From an uncultured delta proteobacterium (GTDB taxonomy: Bacteria > Desulfobacterota > Desulfobacteria > Desulfobacterales > UBA2156), in contig CAVTQK010000020.1 of the NCBI GenBank assembly GCA_963736855.1, positions 105,670 through 169,669 on the forward strand: 64,000 bases of DNA, given 5' to 3'. Position 1 is the stretch's first letter. Each line of letters opens with the position of its first letter. A program made the position numbers and the translations under genes. Positions 20,653 to 30,999 of this stretch are shown in pieces. The notes beneath the pieces are model-generated. The model had not been told where the DNA came from and did no database searches. It saw only the letters and a list, made by a program, of their open reading frames with translations.

Positions 20653-22458
20653 TTGCATACCATCGATTCTTTGCCTATGCAGAAAACCCTTCCATATCGG
20701 ATTCTCATCATCGAGCCCCCTTGTTTGAGCCCATCGGCACCCTCCTGGATGGCCCTTTATCTGGCATCCTTTTTTGCCGACAGGGATATTCGACTCTTTA
20801 TTTTTAATGCCAATCTCGATTATTATCGCCCAAAATCATCCAAAACCAAAACCGATATCGGGGTTTCAAAACACAGCCCTTATCCAGTGGCCACTTTTGC
20901 CTCGGAGGCCTGGCAGACGCTACAAACCCAAAATTTCTATCGGCCAGAAGTCTTTATTGCTGCTATCCGATCGTTGCAAAAACACTTTTTGGATTGCCGG
21001 AAAGAAAACAATTGTCATATTGCTCTTCACGATCGGGTAGCCCGGCAAATCGTTTCCGTCGGACCCCATCTTCTGATTATTGCCGCCGATTCAACCCAAC
21101 AGCTCCGGGAGGGTCATGCCCTTCTTAGCTTTGTCCGGAATTTTCAAAAGGACCTTCCGGCATTCCTAGCCTGCGGACCCGATGCTCAAACTCCCCTGGA
21201 ATCCGGCGCCGACGGGATCATCACGCTTGAGGATCTGACCTCTTTGCCCCAGCGCATTCCCGGCCTTACGGGCCTGCCGGGGGCGCATTCCAAAAATCTC
21301 CCGGATATAACCCTCTTCCCTTTTGACAACTATGCCGCACCGGATACGATTCTCGATTTGAGAGGTCTTTCCGGCGGCATGCCTGTCAATGAAACATCGC
21401 CTGAAGAACTTTACCGGTTGAAAATCAAGGGCGTTTTGCTTTTCGGATCCGATCTTTCCGTTTTGCCCAAAGGCTTTTTCCCCGACAAAGACCAGGATAT
21501 TTCTTCATTGGGTATGGGTCTTCGAATACGCCTGCCCGGGAAGATTCCGCCGGAAGTCTTTTCGGATTACTACCATAGGGGGGTAAGAATGATCCTATGG
21601 ATCCTAACATCGGACATCCCCGAAGAAATCGGTAATATCCTCTTTCATGCGTCGGCGGCAGGGATCTGGAATCATTTGGCGATTGAAAACCCGGATACCC
21701 CATCGGATCCGCTTTTGGATTTCATTGCGAAAAACCCCAACCTCGTCCACTCCTGGGGCAGCCTTTTACCGGAAGATTTTTTCTTAGACGGCGCATCCAA
21801 AACGCCTTTTTCTACCGCTTATAACCACATCATCCCTATACCCGGGGTTCCCTTCCGGCATTTTCTTAAGGACCCGGTTTATCTCCTGTTATATCTTATT
21901 CACCACGGCGCCCAAAAGGTTATGCGATGGCAAGTCAGAAACGATGGTTCCGTTTACACGCTCGGTGAAGGAATCACCTATCATTTTGTCAAACCCGAAG
22001 ATTTACCGCCCGGATATCTCGATATCATCTGCAGAATGGTGGAAGCCGGCGGCTCCGTCGACACGCAGTGGGTGAGATACAACATGGAACGGGCATTCCT
22101 GGTGGGGTATGCGGAAGAAGAAGGAATCATAGTAGGAAACTCCTCCCTGAAACACCCCAGGGAAGAATATCTGAAAAGCTTGAGCCAAAAAACGGGCTTC
22201 GAGTTTAGCGGTTATCTAGAGCGGGGGTACACTTCGGTTCGTCCGGAATATCGGGGTCTGGGGATCGGAACAAAGCTTCTGGAAGGACTCACCGCCCGGA
22301 TCGGGGATAAGAAGCTTTTTTCCATCATCGCAGAGGATAACACCGCCACCCAGAAGATGGCCATCCGCAACCGTACCCGGAAGGTGAGCACGTTCTTTAG
22401 TGAGAAAGCGGAAAAGATGGTCGGTATCTGGGTACCCGAAGGGATGCTCGACGCGTGA
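20653..22458 (+). CDS. Degenerate B12-binding/radical-SAM-like region fused to C-terminal GNAT domain
   Basis: N-terminal ILIIEPP...APSWMALYLA like class B rSAM enzymes but no CxxxCxxC; C-terminal ERGYTSVRPEYRGLGIGTKLL acyl-CoA motif. Confidence 0.6.
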   Translation: MHTIDSLPMQKTLPYRILIIEPPCLSPSAPSWMALYLASFFADRDIRLFIFNANLDYYRPKSSKTKTDIGVSKHSPYPVATFASEAWQTLQTQNFYRPEVFIAAIRSLQKHFLDCRKENNCHIALHDRVARQIVSVGPHLLIIAADSTQQLREGHALLSFVRNFQKDLPAFLACGPDAQTPLESGADGIITLEDLTSLPQRIPGLTGLPGAHSKNLPDITLFPFDNYAAPDTILDLRGLSGGMPVNETSPEELYRLKIKGVLLFGSDLSVLPKGFFPDKDQDISSLGMGLRIRLPGKIPPEVFSDYYHRGVRMILWILTSDIPEEIGNILFHASAAGIWNHLAIENPDTPSDPLLDFIAKNPNLVHSWGSLLPEDFFLDGASKTPFSTAYNHIIPIPGVPFRHFLKDPVYLLLYLIHHGAQKVMRWQVRNDGSVYTLGEGITYHFVKPEDLPPGYLDIICRMVEAGGSVDTQWVRYNMERAFLVGYAEEEGIIVGNSSLKHPREEYLKSLSQKTGFEFSGYLERGYTSVRPEYRGLGIGTKLLEGLTARIGDKKLFSIIAEDNTATQKMAIRNRTRKVSTFFSEKAEKMVGIWVPEGMLDA

Positions 22459-22556
22459 ATCCATTCTCCTTCCCGACACGCTTCTTGAGTTGATTTCTGA
22501 AGTTGCGTATGTACTTGATCCCTTTAATTCAATTTTCAGAGTCGTGAAAGACCAAC

Positions 22557-23477
22557 ATGAACATCGGCATCATCACGGTTAGAGACCACGATTATCCCCC
22601 GAACTTCCGAATGCAAGAGGCCGCCAAAGCCCAGGGGCACCGGGCAATACTGATCCATCCTTATCGGATGTGGCCGGCCTTTCAAAAAGGGCGTCCGGTC
22701 ACTATCGGAGACGATGGTCTTGTGCCTGACATTGTCCTGCCCCGGCAGGGAGCCACTCTGGGAGATACCTGCCTGTCGCTGATTCGGCATTTCAGCCTCA
22801 TGGGGATTCCGGTGATCAATGGGATGGATGCCATCCGGAAGGCAAAGGACAAATTCCTGTCGCTGCAAACCCTGAATGCCCGAGCACTCCCGGTTCCAGA
22901 CACGGTCCTTGTCAACGCGGTCGAAGGCCTGAATCGTGCGATATCCCGTATGGACGGCTATCCGGTGGTGGTCAAATCGGTGAGCAGTCGTCAGGGAGCC
23001 GGTGTTGTCCTTGTTAAAAACGACGCGGAGTCCCAGGCCGTTGCAGAACAACTGGATCGCCGCACCGGCCTTTTGGTACAACGATTTATTCCTCCGGAAG
23101 GTCGAAGGGATATCCGGGTCGTCACCATCGGGAATAAAGCCGCCGGAGCTGCTGAATTTTCACCCAACCCTGGAGATTTTCGCGGCAACTTTCACCTGTC
23201 CGGAAAAAGCCGGGCGATCTCGCCGGAAAAGGAGATCCTGGAGCTGGCCATTAAGGCTGCAGACGCCCTGGGCCTGGAAATCGCCGGCGTGGATATCCTC
23301 CTGGACGCAAAACAGATGCCTTTCGTGATCGAGGTGAATTATTCACCCGGTTTTCATGGACTGGAGGCGGCCACCGGGTTGGATATCGCCGGTATGATAG
23401 TCCACTATTTATTTGAACGGTTCCATGCTGAGGGCAAACGGATCGACCAAAAAAGCGGCTCATCCCGGAAAGGTTAG
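22557..23477 (+). CDS. RimK-family alpha-L-glutamate ligase (ATP-grasp)
   Basis: AKDKFLSLQTL, PVVVK, QGAGV, LLVQRFI, DFRGNFH, IAGVDIL, EVNYSPGF. Confidence 0.9.
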   Translation: MNIGIITVRDHDYPPNFRMQEAAKAQGHRAILIHPYRMWPAFQKGRPVTIGDDGLVPDIVLPRQGATLGDTCLSLIRHFSLMGIPVINGMDAIRKAKDKFLSLQTLNARALPVPDTVLVNAVEGLNRAISRMDGYPVVVKSVSSRQGAGVVLVKNDAESQAVAEQLDRRTGLLVQRFIPPEGRRDIRVVTIGNKAAGAAEFSPNPGDFRGNFHLSGKSRAISPEKEILELAIKAADALGLEIAGVDILLDAKQMPFVIEVNYSPGFHGLEAATGLDIAGMIVHYLFERFHAEGKRIDQKSGSSRKG

Positions 23478-24627
23478 GAATGCAGCGTTGAAAATCCTCG
23501 ACTTGAATCAAATCCAGGATGGAGGCAGGGTCAAAGCAACGGCAATCGTTCAATGGGAGGACTGCGACCAACCCGAACGGCAAATCTTCATCGAAACAAC
23601 TGCCGATTGCGCTTCGGATCTGACCGCCGATCCCCATGCCTTTCTGGTGGGATGCCTCGTTCCGGCCCTGCACTTTGGAGAACGTCGGATCGTCCTTAGC
23701 AGAAGGATCTGCCCCACTTTGATGGAAGGGCTTCAGACGGCCATGGCCGTTTTGGTGCACTGGTCAAAAGGCACTTGGCGTCCGCTGTCCATCGATGCAA
23801 AATCTTTGCACACACCGCGGCACCGAAAACCAAACCGCTCAGCCGCCCTTTTTCTTTCCGGCGGTATCGATTCCCTGGCCGCCCTGTGCGTCAATCGTGA
23901 AACTCATCCTCTGGATCACCCCGGTGCGGCCAAAGACGGTTTCGTCGTCCATGGGTTTGACATCGGCGGAGTCATCCAAAGGGGGATGAAATACCCGGTT
24001 TTCGACCGCGCCATGGAGGCGTTGAAACCGGTGGCCCTTGATGCACGCTTGAACCTGATTCCCGTTTATACGAACATCCGGCATTTGTGTGACGACCGGA
24101 ATCTCTGGCTGAATCGGTTTTTCGGGGCCGTGCTGGCGGCACTCTCCCATGCCTTTTCAAAACGGGTACATCTTTCCTACATCGCCTCCTCTTACGATTT
24201 GGCTCATCTTCATCCGTGCGGATCACACCCTCTTTTGGATCCTTTCTATTCCAGCTTCGATGTGCGCATCGTGCACCGGGACCTGGAACTTTCGCGGATG
24301 GAAAAAATCCGAAAGGTGGTCCAATGGGATGCGGCCTTCCAAAACATGCGGGTTTGCCTGGCCAACGTCCCGGATCGGCTCAACTGTGGACGATGCGAAA
24401 AGTGTGTGCGGACCATGCTGGCCCTGGTGGCCCTGGGCGCATTGCACAAGACCCGGGCTTTTATCGAAGACGATGTCTTTCCGGAAAATCTTTCCGGTTT
24501 CAGCATCCGAATCCGTGACCGGGGGTCTTTTTACCGGGAGATTATTCCCCGGCTTGCCGAACGCGGGCGAAAGGACCTGGTCGATGCCATCGCCTACAAA
24601 CTTCAAAACGATCCGACAATAGTCTAA
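23413..24627 (+). CDS. PP-loop (adenine-nucleotide alpha-hydrolase) family protein with Cys-rich C-terminus
   Basis: FLSGGIDS PP-loop; GSHPLLDP; RVC...NCGRCEKCVRT (QueC-like Zn site). Confidence 0.65.
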   Translation: MNGSMLRANGSTKKAAHPGKVRNAALKILDLNQIQDGGRVKATAIVQWEDCDQPERQIFIETTADCASDLTADPHAFLVGCLVPALHFGERRIVLSRRICPTLMEGLQTAMAVLVHWSKGTWRPLSIDAKSLHTPRHRKPNRSAALFLSGGIDSLAALCVNRETHPLDHPGAAKDGFVVHGFDIGGVIQRGMKYPVFDRAMEALKPVALDARLNLIPVYTNIRHLCDDRNLWLNRFFGAVLAALSHAFSKRVHLSYIASSYDLAHLHPCGSHPLLDPFYSSFDVRIVHRDLELSRMEKIRKVVQWDAAFQNMRVCLANVPDRLNCGRCEKCVRTMLALVALGALHKTRAFIEDDVFPENLSGFSIRIRDRGSFYREIIPRLAERGRKDLVDAIAYKLQNDPTIV

Positions 24628-25098
24628 ACGTCAATGATCATCTCCCCGGCTTTCCCGGGACATCACGCGGCTGCATTCGACCAGATAGGGACGAATCTGC
24701 GCGTTTTCCGGAAAGCGCTCGAAAACCTCGATTGCCTTGTCAAAAAGAGGATATGGATACGATTCTTCTAACATCAATCGAGGATTGAGAATTCTAAGGC
24801 TGGCGTTCATATAAAAGAGATAAGGTGCGCCCAAAGATCAAAATCGGGGCGAAATTGAAAAAAAAGGAGCGAAAAATGAATCCGATCGACTCAAGTTGAT
24901 GGCCGTTTTTATCAGAAACTCGGATCATTAAAGCACGTTTCCTATAAAATTCCTCTGAAATATTTCTTAAAATCGCTACACCCGTAATCCGACTAAATTT
25001 TTAAAGGTCACAGTATGAGTTGCCGAGAGGCTCAAACTCGTTTAATTTAGAGACACCAGCCGGTAAGAGAATTTGAAATGGAAAAATAATAAAGGTTT

Positions 25099-25581
25099 TT
25101 AAGTGATGGAAACCACCCGGCCTTTGGTCATGGCCCTTAGCTCTTCAGGCGTGAGACAAAACAAGGCGTTGGGCGTACCCGCCGCCGCCCAGATTTTTTC
25201 GTGCTTCAGCAGATCCGTGTCGATCAGCGTTTCCATGAGCATGGTGTGGCCCATAGGCGGCACGCCTCCGATGACAAAGCCGGTGGTTTTACGGACGAAA
25301 TCCGCGTCCGCCATCTTGACCGTTTCCCCAACGGTTTCGGACAGCTTTTTTTCATTGACCCGGTTGGCGCCGCTGGCCACGACCAGATAGGCCTTTTGAG
25401 TCGTTTTCCCCCTAAAGACCAGGGACTTGACGATCTGAGCAATGTGGCACCCCACGGCCTGGGCCGCTTCCGCAGCACTTCGTGTGCTTTTTTCCAACTC
25501 CATCACGCTGCATTGGAATCCTCCGGCGGAGAGAGCATCCTGAAACTTTTGCGCACTGGCACTCAGAACTTTCTCGGTCAT
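25099..25581 (-). CDS. YbaK/EbsC aminoacyl-tRNA editing protein
   Basis: AQIVKSLVF, TGFVIGGVPPMGH, WAAAGTPNALF. Confidence 0.9.
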   Translation of the reverse strand: MTEKVLSASAQKFQDALSAGGFQCSVMELEKSTRSAAEAAQAVGCHIAQIVKSLVFRGKTTQKAYLVVASGANRVNEKKLSETVGETVKMADADFVRKTTGFVIGGVPPMGHTMLMETLIDTDLLKHEKIWAAAGTPNALFCLTPEELRAMTKGRVVSIT

Positions 25582-25707
25582 CGGGCAGACTTCCTTTCTT
25601 TTTAACGCCTGTCGCGGCTTTAGAAAGTATGCAGTTTACTTTCACTTCGTGCTTCCTGTCAAGCCGACGGCAAGGATATTATCCGAATGGAGCCCTATCC
25701 CAACATT

Positions 25708-25939
25708 GATGAGCTTCGTAAAAAGGATTTTAGATGAAAGCAAAGCCGTTCAAGGCGTCGTGAATTTCGGGAGAGACGTACATCGAGAGACGCAAAGGGT
25801 TGAAGCGTTACGCAGAAATCTGGAGCTGTTTACGAGGCACTTGATGCCGAGGTTCGTATAGAGACTTTAGCGAAACGCCTTTGGAGTCTTCCGAAAAGAA
25901 TTGCGACGCGAGGAAAATCGAGCCTTTTTGCAATTTCAC
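25708..25939. mobile_element. MITE copy 2 (indel-rich copy of ~190-bp subfamily)
   Basis: GATGAGCTTCGTAAAAAGG left end; internal blocks shared with copy 1; AACATT direct repeat on both sides. Confidence 0.75.
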
Positions 25940-26012
25940 AACATTGGGTCTTGAAGTTTTCCTTTCCACCGTGCAAAAGAAAAGGAGGGCGATCCGATTC
26001 GAAGGGGAAACC

Positions 26013-26644
26013 ATGCCAAAGCGAAAAGCGGAAAAGGCGCCATAGTTTTCACGTGCCGGAGGTGCGGCACCTGTTGTGAAAAAGGCGGTCCCGCTCTTCA
26101 TAAGGAAGACCGGGATCTCGTCGAATCCGGGCGGATACCGCTGAAGCATCTTTTTACCATTCGGCCCGGAGAAATCGTTAAAGACAACGTCAAGGGAACC
26201 CTCGTCCGCGCCGAAACGGATATCATTAAAATCAAGGGTAAAAAAGGTACCTGGTGCTGTGTCTTTCTGGATACCACTCAAAAAGCCTGCACCATTTACG
26301 AGGACCGGCCTTTGGAATGCCGGACTTTGAGTTGCAGAGAGCCGGAAGCCATGGAATCCCTCTACACCAAAAATCGGCTTTCGCGACAAGATCTTCTTTC
26401 TTCCATGGAAGAGCTGTGGGATCTCGTCAAAGAACATGAGACGCGATGCTCCCATGACACGGTTTTAAAATTATCAAATCCACCCTGGGGTCGCCCTGAT
26501 CCGGATGCCCAAAAGCAGCTTGATTTCATTTTAAATTACGATACGCACATCCGCCGCCTGGTGATAGAAAAGGGGAAAATGGACTCAGAACTCCTGGATT
26601 TTCTATTCGGAAGACCCCTGACCGCAACTATTCCCCAGCGCTGA
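26013..26644 (+). CDS. YkgJ-family Zn/Fe-chelating (CxxCxxCC) protein, frameshift near 26035
   Basis: Frame of ORF 26312-26644 extends upstream to CRRCGTCCEKGG...CVFL...CTIYEDRPLECR; ATG at 26013 is one base out of frame. Confidence 0.75.
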
Positions 26645-26716
26645 CATGCAACCGGAGTTCAGAACATTTCATGCCCCGGTTTTCCATGACATCAGCGAGG
26701 CAAGGGGCTTATTTAT

Positions 26717-26905
26717 GATGGCTTCGTAAAAAGCTTTTGCAAGCGAGATTGGAGCATTTTCGGAAAAAGAGATGCGAACGGCTGAGCGTTAATAATTTCA
26801 AGCTGTTTGAGGCGGTTGCGCCGAGTTCTTGAAATTTAGAGAAGCCGTGAGCATCTCCCGAAAATGATCACGAAGCGAGCAAAAATAGCTTTTTACGATT
26901 TCGTC
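26717..26905. mobile_element. MITE copy 3 (~190-bp subfamily)
   Basis: GATGGCTTCGTAAAAAGC / GCTTTTTACGATTTCGTC; ATTTAT direct repeat on both sides. Confidence 0.85.
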
Positions 26906-26907
26906 AT

Positions 26908-27933
26908 TTATGAAAGACCAAATCGAGCCCGGAGACGCCCTGAAAGCGCTTTCACCCGCTCAAAAGCCTTTTCAACGGTTTTTTCGCCGTCGGGATTGAT
27001 CAGACAGCACGTAGCCGGCGAGAGGAGACTTCTCGATAACAGCCAGTTTTTCTCGATCCCCTTTCGGTCCAGCGTTTCCCAAACCTCCGTCAGGCGGATT
27101 TCCAGGCTGGCCATGTCTTCCTTCTCGAAGGGCTCCACGTTGGTGGGAACCAGTCCCCAGACGATGACGCCTCCCCGGTCGAGGAATCGCTTGATGGAAT
27201 CGGCGTACTTGGAGAAGACCTCCCCGTTTGAATAGATGTCCAAAGAGAGCACGTCCAGGTCCAGGTTCAATAGAAAATCCCAGTCCGGGTTTCCGCACAG
27301 GTGCACTCCTCGAGGTCTCTGAATAGTTCCAAAAAACGCCTCCATCTCCTTGAACGCCGCGGCGGCATCGTATCCGGAAAGCGCGCTGAACAAAAACTGA
27401 AGTCCCGGCTCATCGATGAACATGAAGGCATTGGGGTTCATCTGTTTCAGGCGTGCAAGCTGGGTATTGACCCGTTTGGCCATGAACTCGAATATGAAGG
27501 GCCGGATGGTGTCATCGAAAAGAATGGGCCGGCGATTTTCATCCAGGACGTTCATTCCGAAACTGATGGGGCCTTCAAGCTGCCCCCGTATGGCCTGACG
27601 GTCCGATAGATCCAACTCCAGGAACCGGTGATATACGGCCGAGAACCGGGGACTGATGTCGAAATAGCCGGGATCCTCGAAATGCGACAAGGCCTCTTCG
27701 TATTCCAGGACGAATTTTTCCATGGAAAAGGATAACGTCCGTTTCTCCATATCCAGCAGGATGCCGGGAAAATGCTCCGAAGCCTGAACGTACATGTCTT
27801 CGTAATAGTTCAAGCGCGGCAACTGGGGCCAAAAAGGGATGTCCAGGGAAAGAGCGTACTGCATAGCCCTTTCCAGGTCCGTGTGCGGCATGACCGCCAT
27901 GGCGGTGGTCAAAAGATTTCCGGGAATCCTCAT
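26908..27933 (-). CDS. Core (MetE C-terminal-like) methionine synthase, MesB-like
   Basis: IPFWPQLP, RGQLEGPISF, FIDEP, GVHLCGNPDW, LSLD, IVWGLVPT, SPATCCL. Confidence 0.6.
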   Translation of the reverse strand: MRIPGNLLTTAMAVMPHTDLERAMQYALSLDIPFWPQLPRLNYYEDMYVQASEHFPGILLDMEKRTLSFSMEKFVLEYEEALSHFEDPGYFDISPRFSAVYHRFLELDLSDRQAIRGQLEGPISFGMNVLDENRRPILFDDTIRPFIFEFMAKRVNTQLARLKQMNPNAFMFIDEPGLQFLFSALSGYDAAAAFKEMEAFFGTIQRPRGVHLCGNPDWDFLLNLDLDVLSLDIYSNGEVFSKYADSIKRFLDRGGVIVWGLVPTNVEPFEKEDMASLEIRLTEVWETLDRKGIEKNWLLSRSLLSPATCCLINPDGEKTVEKAFERVKALSGRLRARFGLS

Positions 27934-27946
27934 GGGATTGCTCCTG

Positions 27947-28519
27947 TTATCGAGTTTTCTCTTTGAAGATGACGACCCACGACAACCATTTGCCGTCCCG
28001 GACGATTTTTGACGTAATGCCCGGTCCTTTTGCCATTTCAGCGATGATTTCCGCGGTGAAAAAGCGGCTTTTCATCATCGCCAGCTTTTCCATTAAAGCC
28101 AGCAGGCGGATGAGGGGCCGGGTGATGTCCGGCTCCTCGACGACCATCCGGCCGCCGTGAGAAAGGACCCGGATCAGCTCTTTGACGGCAACCGACTGGG
28201 ATCGAAAATGATGCAGGGCATCTGCTGCCAACACTCGATCAAAAACACCATCGGCAAAAGGCAGCCTCTCGGCAATGGATCGCACCGGCCATATCCCTCC
28301 CTTTTTCTGAGCCCGATGGAGCATGGCCCTTGACACGTCTGCAACCACCAGATGTTTAACCCATTGTTGCAGTGGAGCCGAAACCCGTCCTGTCCCTCCC
28401 CCTACATCCAGCATAGAGCCCTGCGCAGGCAAGTCCAGGAGACGGCGATAGATCTCGGGGTCAACGACAGGGATCATCCGGTCATAGATCGGCGCCAAGA
28501 CTTTGAAGTGGTCGATCAT
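27947..28519 (-). CDS. Class I SAM-dependent methyltransferase
   Basis: LDVGGGTG, AERLPFADGVFD, DALHHF. Confidence 0.85.
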   Translation of the reverse strand: MIDHFKVLAPIYDRMIPVVDPEIYRRLLDLPAQGSMLDVGGGTGRVSAPLQQWVKHLVVADVSRAMLHRAQKKGGIWPVRSIAERLPFADGVFDRVLAADALHHFRSQSVAVKELIRVLSHGGRMVVEEPDITRPLIRLLALMEKLAMMKSRFFTAEIIAEMAKGPGITSKIVRDGKWLSWVVIFKEKTR

Positions 28520-28529
28520 GAAGTTGCTC

Positions 28530-29366
28530 CTACGCTCTATGGCTTTTTAGCGCTCCAGGAATCCGGAAAAGAGTCGGCCGGCGACGGGGAAGAAAATAAC
28601 GCATCCGGTGAGATCGGACCGCATCAAAAGCGCTTTTTTTCAAGTCAACGACCAGCAGGCCTTCTCGATTTCCGAGCCGCTTCGCCACGACGCATCCATC
28701 AGGGCCGATGGCCAGGGCCACGCCTGGATACTCAAGGCCTTCTCCGTTGTCTCCCACCGGATTGCAGGCCACGACATAAACGCCGTTGTCGAAGGCACGG
28801 GCCGGAAGGTGCCGCATCCATGACCGGTACTTATCGTTGCTGGTCCCTCTCGGGGAGGCGTGGGGGAAAAAAACGACTTCGGCGCCTTTGACGGCCATGG
28901 CAGTGGAAAGCTCCGGAAAATGGGCATCATAGCAAAGCTGAATGCCGAAAGTCACCCCGCGGGCTTCAAAAAGGGGTATCCGGTTTCCCCCTAAAAAAAA
29001 ACCCTCTTCCGGAGGTGCGATGTGAATCTTTCGATACACACCGACCTCACCATCGTGGCGGACCACCAGATGACTGGAGTAAATCCGGCCCTTTTTCCCC
29101 TTTTCCGCCATGCCGGCCAGAAGGACCATGTCTCCGCCCGCCGCCAATTCCATCAGGGTCTCGGCGATGGGTCCGGGGATGGGCTCTGCAACTTTCCGGA
29201 TTTCTTTTTGAATGCTGTATCCGGTCACATTCATCTCGGGAAAACAGAGAATGTCCACCCCCTCGTCCCTAGCCTTGTCTACCCAAACCGCCATACGACG
29301 AAGAGTCTTGAAAACCTGGTTGACCGGCGAACGACAGACGACTGCGGCTATACGGATATCTTTCAT
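28530..29366 (-). CDS. Nitrilase-superfamily carbon-nitrogen hydrolase
   Basis: FPEM, YRKIH, LCYDAHFPE (Glu-Lys-Cys triad). Confidence 0.9.
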   Translation of the reverse strand: MKDIRIAAVVCRSPVNQVFKTLRRMAVWVDKARDEGVDILCFPEMNVTGYSIQKEIRKVAEPIPGPIAETLMELAAGGDMVLLAGMAEKGKKGRIYSSHLVVRHDGEVGVYRKIHIAPPEEGFFLGGNRIPLFEARGVTFGIQLCYDAHFPELSTAMAVKGAEVVFFPHASPRGTSNDKYRSWMRHLPARAFDNGVYVVACNPVGDNGEGLEYPGVALAIGPDGCVVAKRLGNREGLLVVDLKKSAFDAVRSHRMRYFLPRRRPTLFRIPGALKSHRA

Positions 29367-29367
29367 C

Positions 29368-29814
29368 CTACACGTCGAACTGAGCCCGGATCTTGAATAC
29401 CCGGGTTGCAGGGAGATTGAGAATATCGGTGATCCCAGTCGTTTGAGAAATCTCTTTCAGTCGCTCTTGAATCTCTTCCACAGAAGGGGCGATGAAGGTG
29501 AACCATATGTTGTACGGGTTGTCCCGCAGATAGTTGTGAGTGACTCCGGGATAGCGATTGACCCACTCGGCAAAGGCTTTGATCCGATCCTCCGGAACCC
29601 TGGCCGCGCACAGGGTGCTGACAAATCCGAGTTTTTCCGGGACGAAGTTTCCACCGATCCTCCGGATGATCCCCTTTTTCTTGAGACGGATGATCCGTTT
29701 CAGGACTTCTTCTTCCGGCAGGTTCAGATCCTTTCCGACGGATTGAAACGGACGTTTCGTAATCGGAAAATCGGATTGGATCCGGTTTAAAATCGCCTTC
29801 TCAATGGGTTCCAT
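29368..29814 (-). CDS. ahbA: Siroheme decarboxylase alpha subunit (Lrp/AsnC fold)
   Basis: IQSDFPITKRPF, IIRRIGGNF, GVTHNYLRD, NIWFTFIAP. Confidence 0.8.
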   Translation of the reverse strand: MEPIEKAILNRIQSDFPITKRPFQSVGKDLNLPEEEVLKRIIRLKKKGIIRRIGGNFVPEKLGFVSTLCAARVPEDRIKAFAEWVNRYPGVTHNYLRDNPYNIWFTFIAPSVEEIQERLKEISQTTGITDILNLPATRVFKIRAQFDV

Positions 29815-29831
29815 TCAAGCCCTGGAGGCCT

Positions 29832-30242
29832 TCATGAGGCTGTCCTCATGAACGAAAGATGCACTTTTCGAGTCCTGGGACCGTCGAATTCGCAGAAAAA
29901 AAGCCCCTGCCACGTCCCTAAAACCAGATGCCCTTTTTCGATCATGAGCATTTTGGAGGTCCCCACAAGGGTGGACTGGATGTGCGCCGGCGAATTCCCT
30001 TCCAGGTGGTGGTAGGGAATGTCTTTCGGCACCATCCTGTTGAGGGCCGCCAGGATGTCTGTCCGGACGCTGGGATCCGCGTTTTCGTTGATGGTAACGG
30101 CCGCCGTGGTGTGGGGAACGAAAACCAGGCAAAAACCGCTCGTGATCCCGGATTCCTTCGTCATCTTATTGACATAAGCCTGAACCTCGCTGGTGATGTC
30201 GATCAGCTCTGTTTTTTGCGTTGTCTTGACCGTGAAGACCAT
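29832..30242 (-). CDS. YjbQ/UPF0047 family protein
   Basis: HTTAAVTINENADPSV, HLEGNSPAHI, LGTWQGLFFCEFDGPR; start at 30242 because the longer ORF starts inside a MITE. Confidence 0.9.
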   Translation of the reverse strand: MVFTVKTTQKTELIDITSEVQAYVNKMTKESGITSGFCLVFVPHTTAAVTINENADPSVRTDILAALNRMVPKDIPYHHLEGNSPAHIQSTLVGTSKMLMIEKGHLVLGTWQGLFFCEFDGPRTRKVHLSFMRTAS

Positions 30243-30255
30243 CTCAAACCTCTTT

Positions 30256-30408
30256 GATGGCTTCGTAAAAAGTCCATCTGCTGCGTTTCGCTGCATCCTT
30301 CGTCATTGCGGCGTACCTATAAGTACGCCTCATTCCTCAGGATTTGCGCACCTTGCATCTGAAGCTTTTTACTTTGCCATCCTAATTTTGAGTTTTTGCG
30401 ATTTCATC
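30256..30408. mobile_element. MITE copy 4 (153-bp subfamily)
   Basis: GATGGCTTCGTAAAAAG / GTTTTTGCGATTTCATC; CTCTTT direct repeat; close to the reverse complement of copy 5. Confidence 0.88.
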
Positions 30409-30424
30409 CTCTTTGCCCGGACAT

Positions 30425-30456
30425 AAAAAAGGCCCTGAACAGAAGCAGGGCCTTTT
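30425..30456 (-). terminator. Intrinsic terminator downstream of dsrC
   Basis: AAAAAA-GGCCCTG-8 nt-CAGGGCC-TTTT. Confidence 0.8.
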
Positions 30457-30492
30457 AGAATTATGGGGTCGATGAATGTGGTTTTGGAAAAA

Positions 30493-30810
30493 CTACACGC
30501 ATCCCGTCGGTTTCGGTAATCCGGCCATTTTGCATGCTCCCTTCCCGGGCCCGGACGGGAACAGTTCATAAATGTGTTTCAGTTTGAAGCCGGTCACTTT
30601 GGACAGTACGCGGACCATGGGAGCGATTCCATTTTTCTTGTAATAATCCTGAAGAACCTCGATGATTTTCCTGTGCTCTTCGGTCAGCTCTTTGATGCCC
30701 TCTTCGCCTTTGACATATTGAACCCACTCTTCACTCCAATTGTCAAAGGAATCGATAAACCCATCTTCGTCCACCGTGAAGGTCTTTCCTTGAAAATCCA
30801 CTGTTGGCAT
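30493..30810 (-). CDS. dsrC: Dissimilatory sulfite reductase partner DsrC
   Basis: VDEDGF, APMVRVLSK, LFPSGPGKGACKMAGLPKPTGCV with both C-terminal Cys. Confidence 0.96.
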   Translation of the reverse strand: MPTVDFQGKTFTVDEDGFIDSFDNWSEEWVQYVKGEEGIKELTEEHRKIIEVLQDYYKKNGIAPMVRVLSKVTGFKLKHIYELFPSGPGKGACKMAGLPKPTGCV

Positions 30811-30999
30811 TTACAAAATCCTCCTTTTCTGATTTATTTTTCTGGCTTGCCGCCTGATGCTCATCCTTAAGATATCGACATTCTTTATCCGATCAAATAT
30901 TTCATGTCAACACTAAAAAAGCATTATCGCCTTTTAAACCTAAAACCGCTTAACATTCTAAAATCATAATACTATTTCACGATACCTTCTATTTTTTGA

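Noticed and set aside
24631..25098. 67-aa ORF and AT-rich gap as small gene or precursor peptide
   Set aside because: No clear RBS, motif or repeat; cannot be supported.
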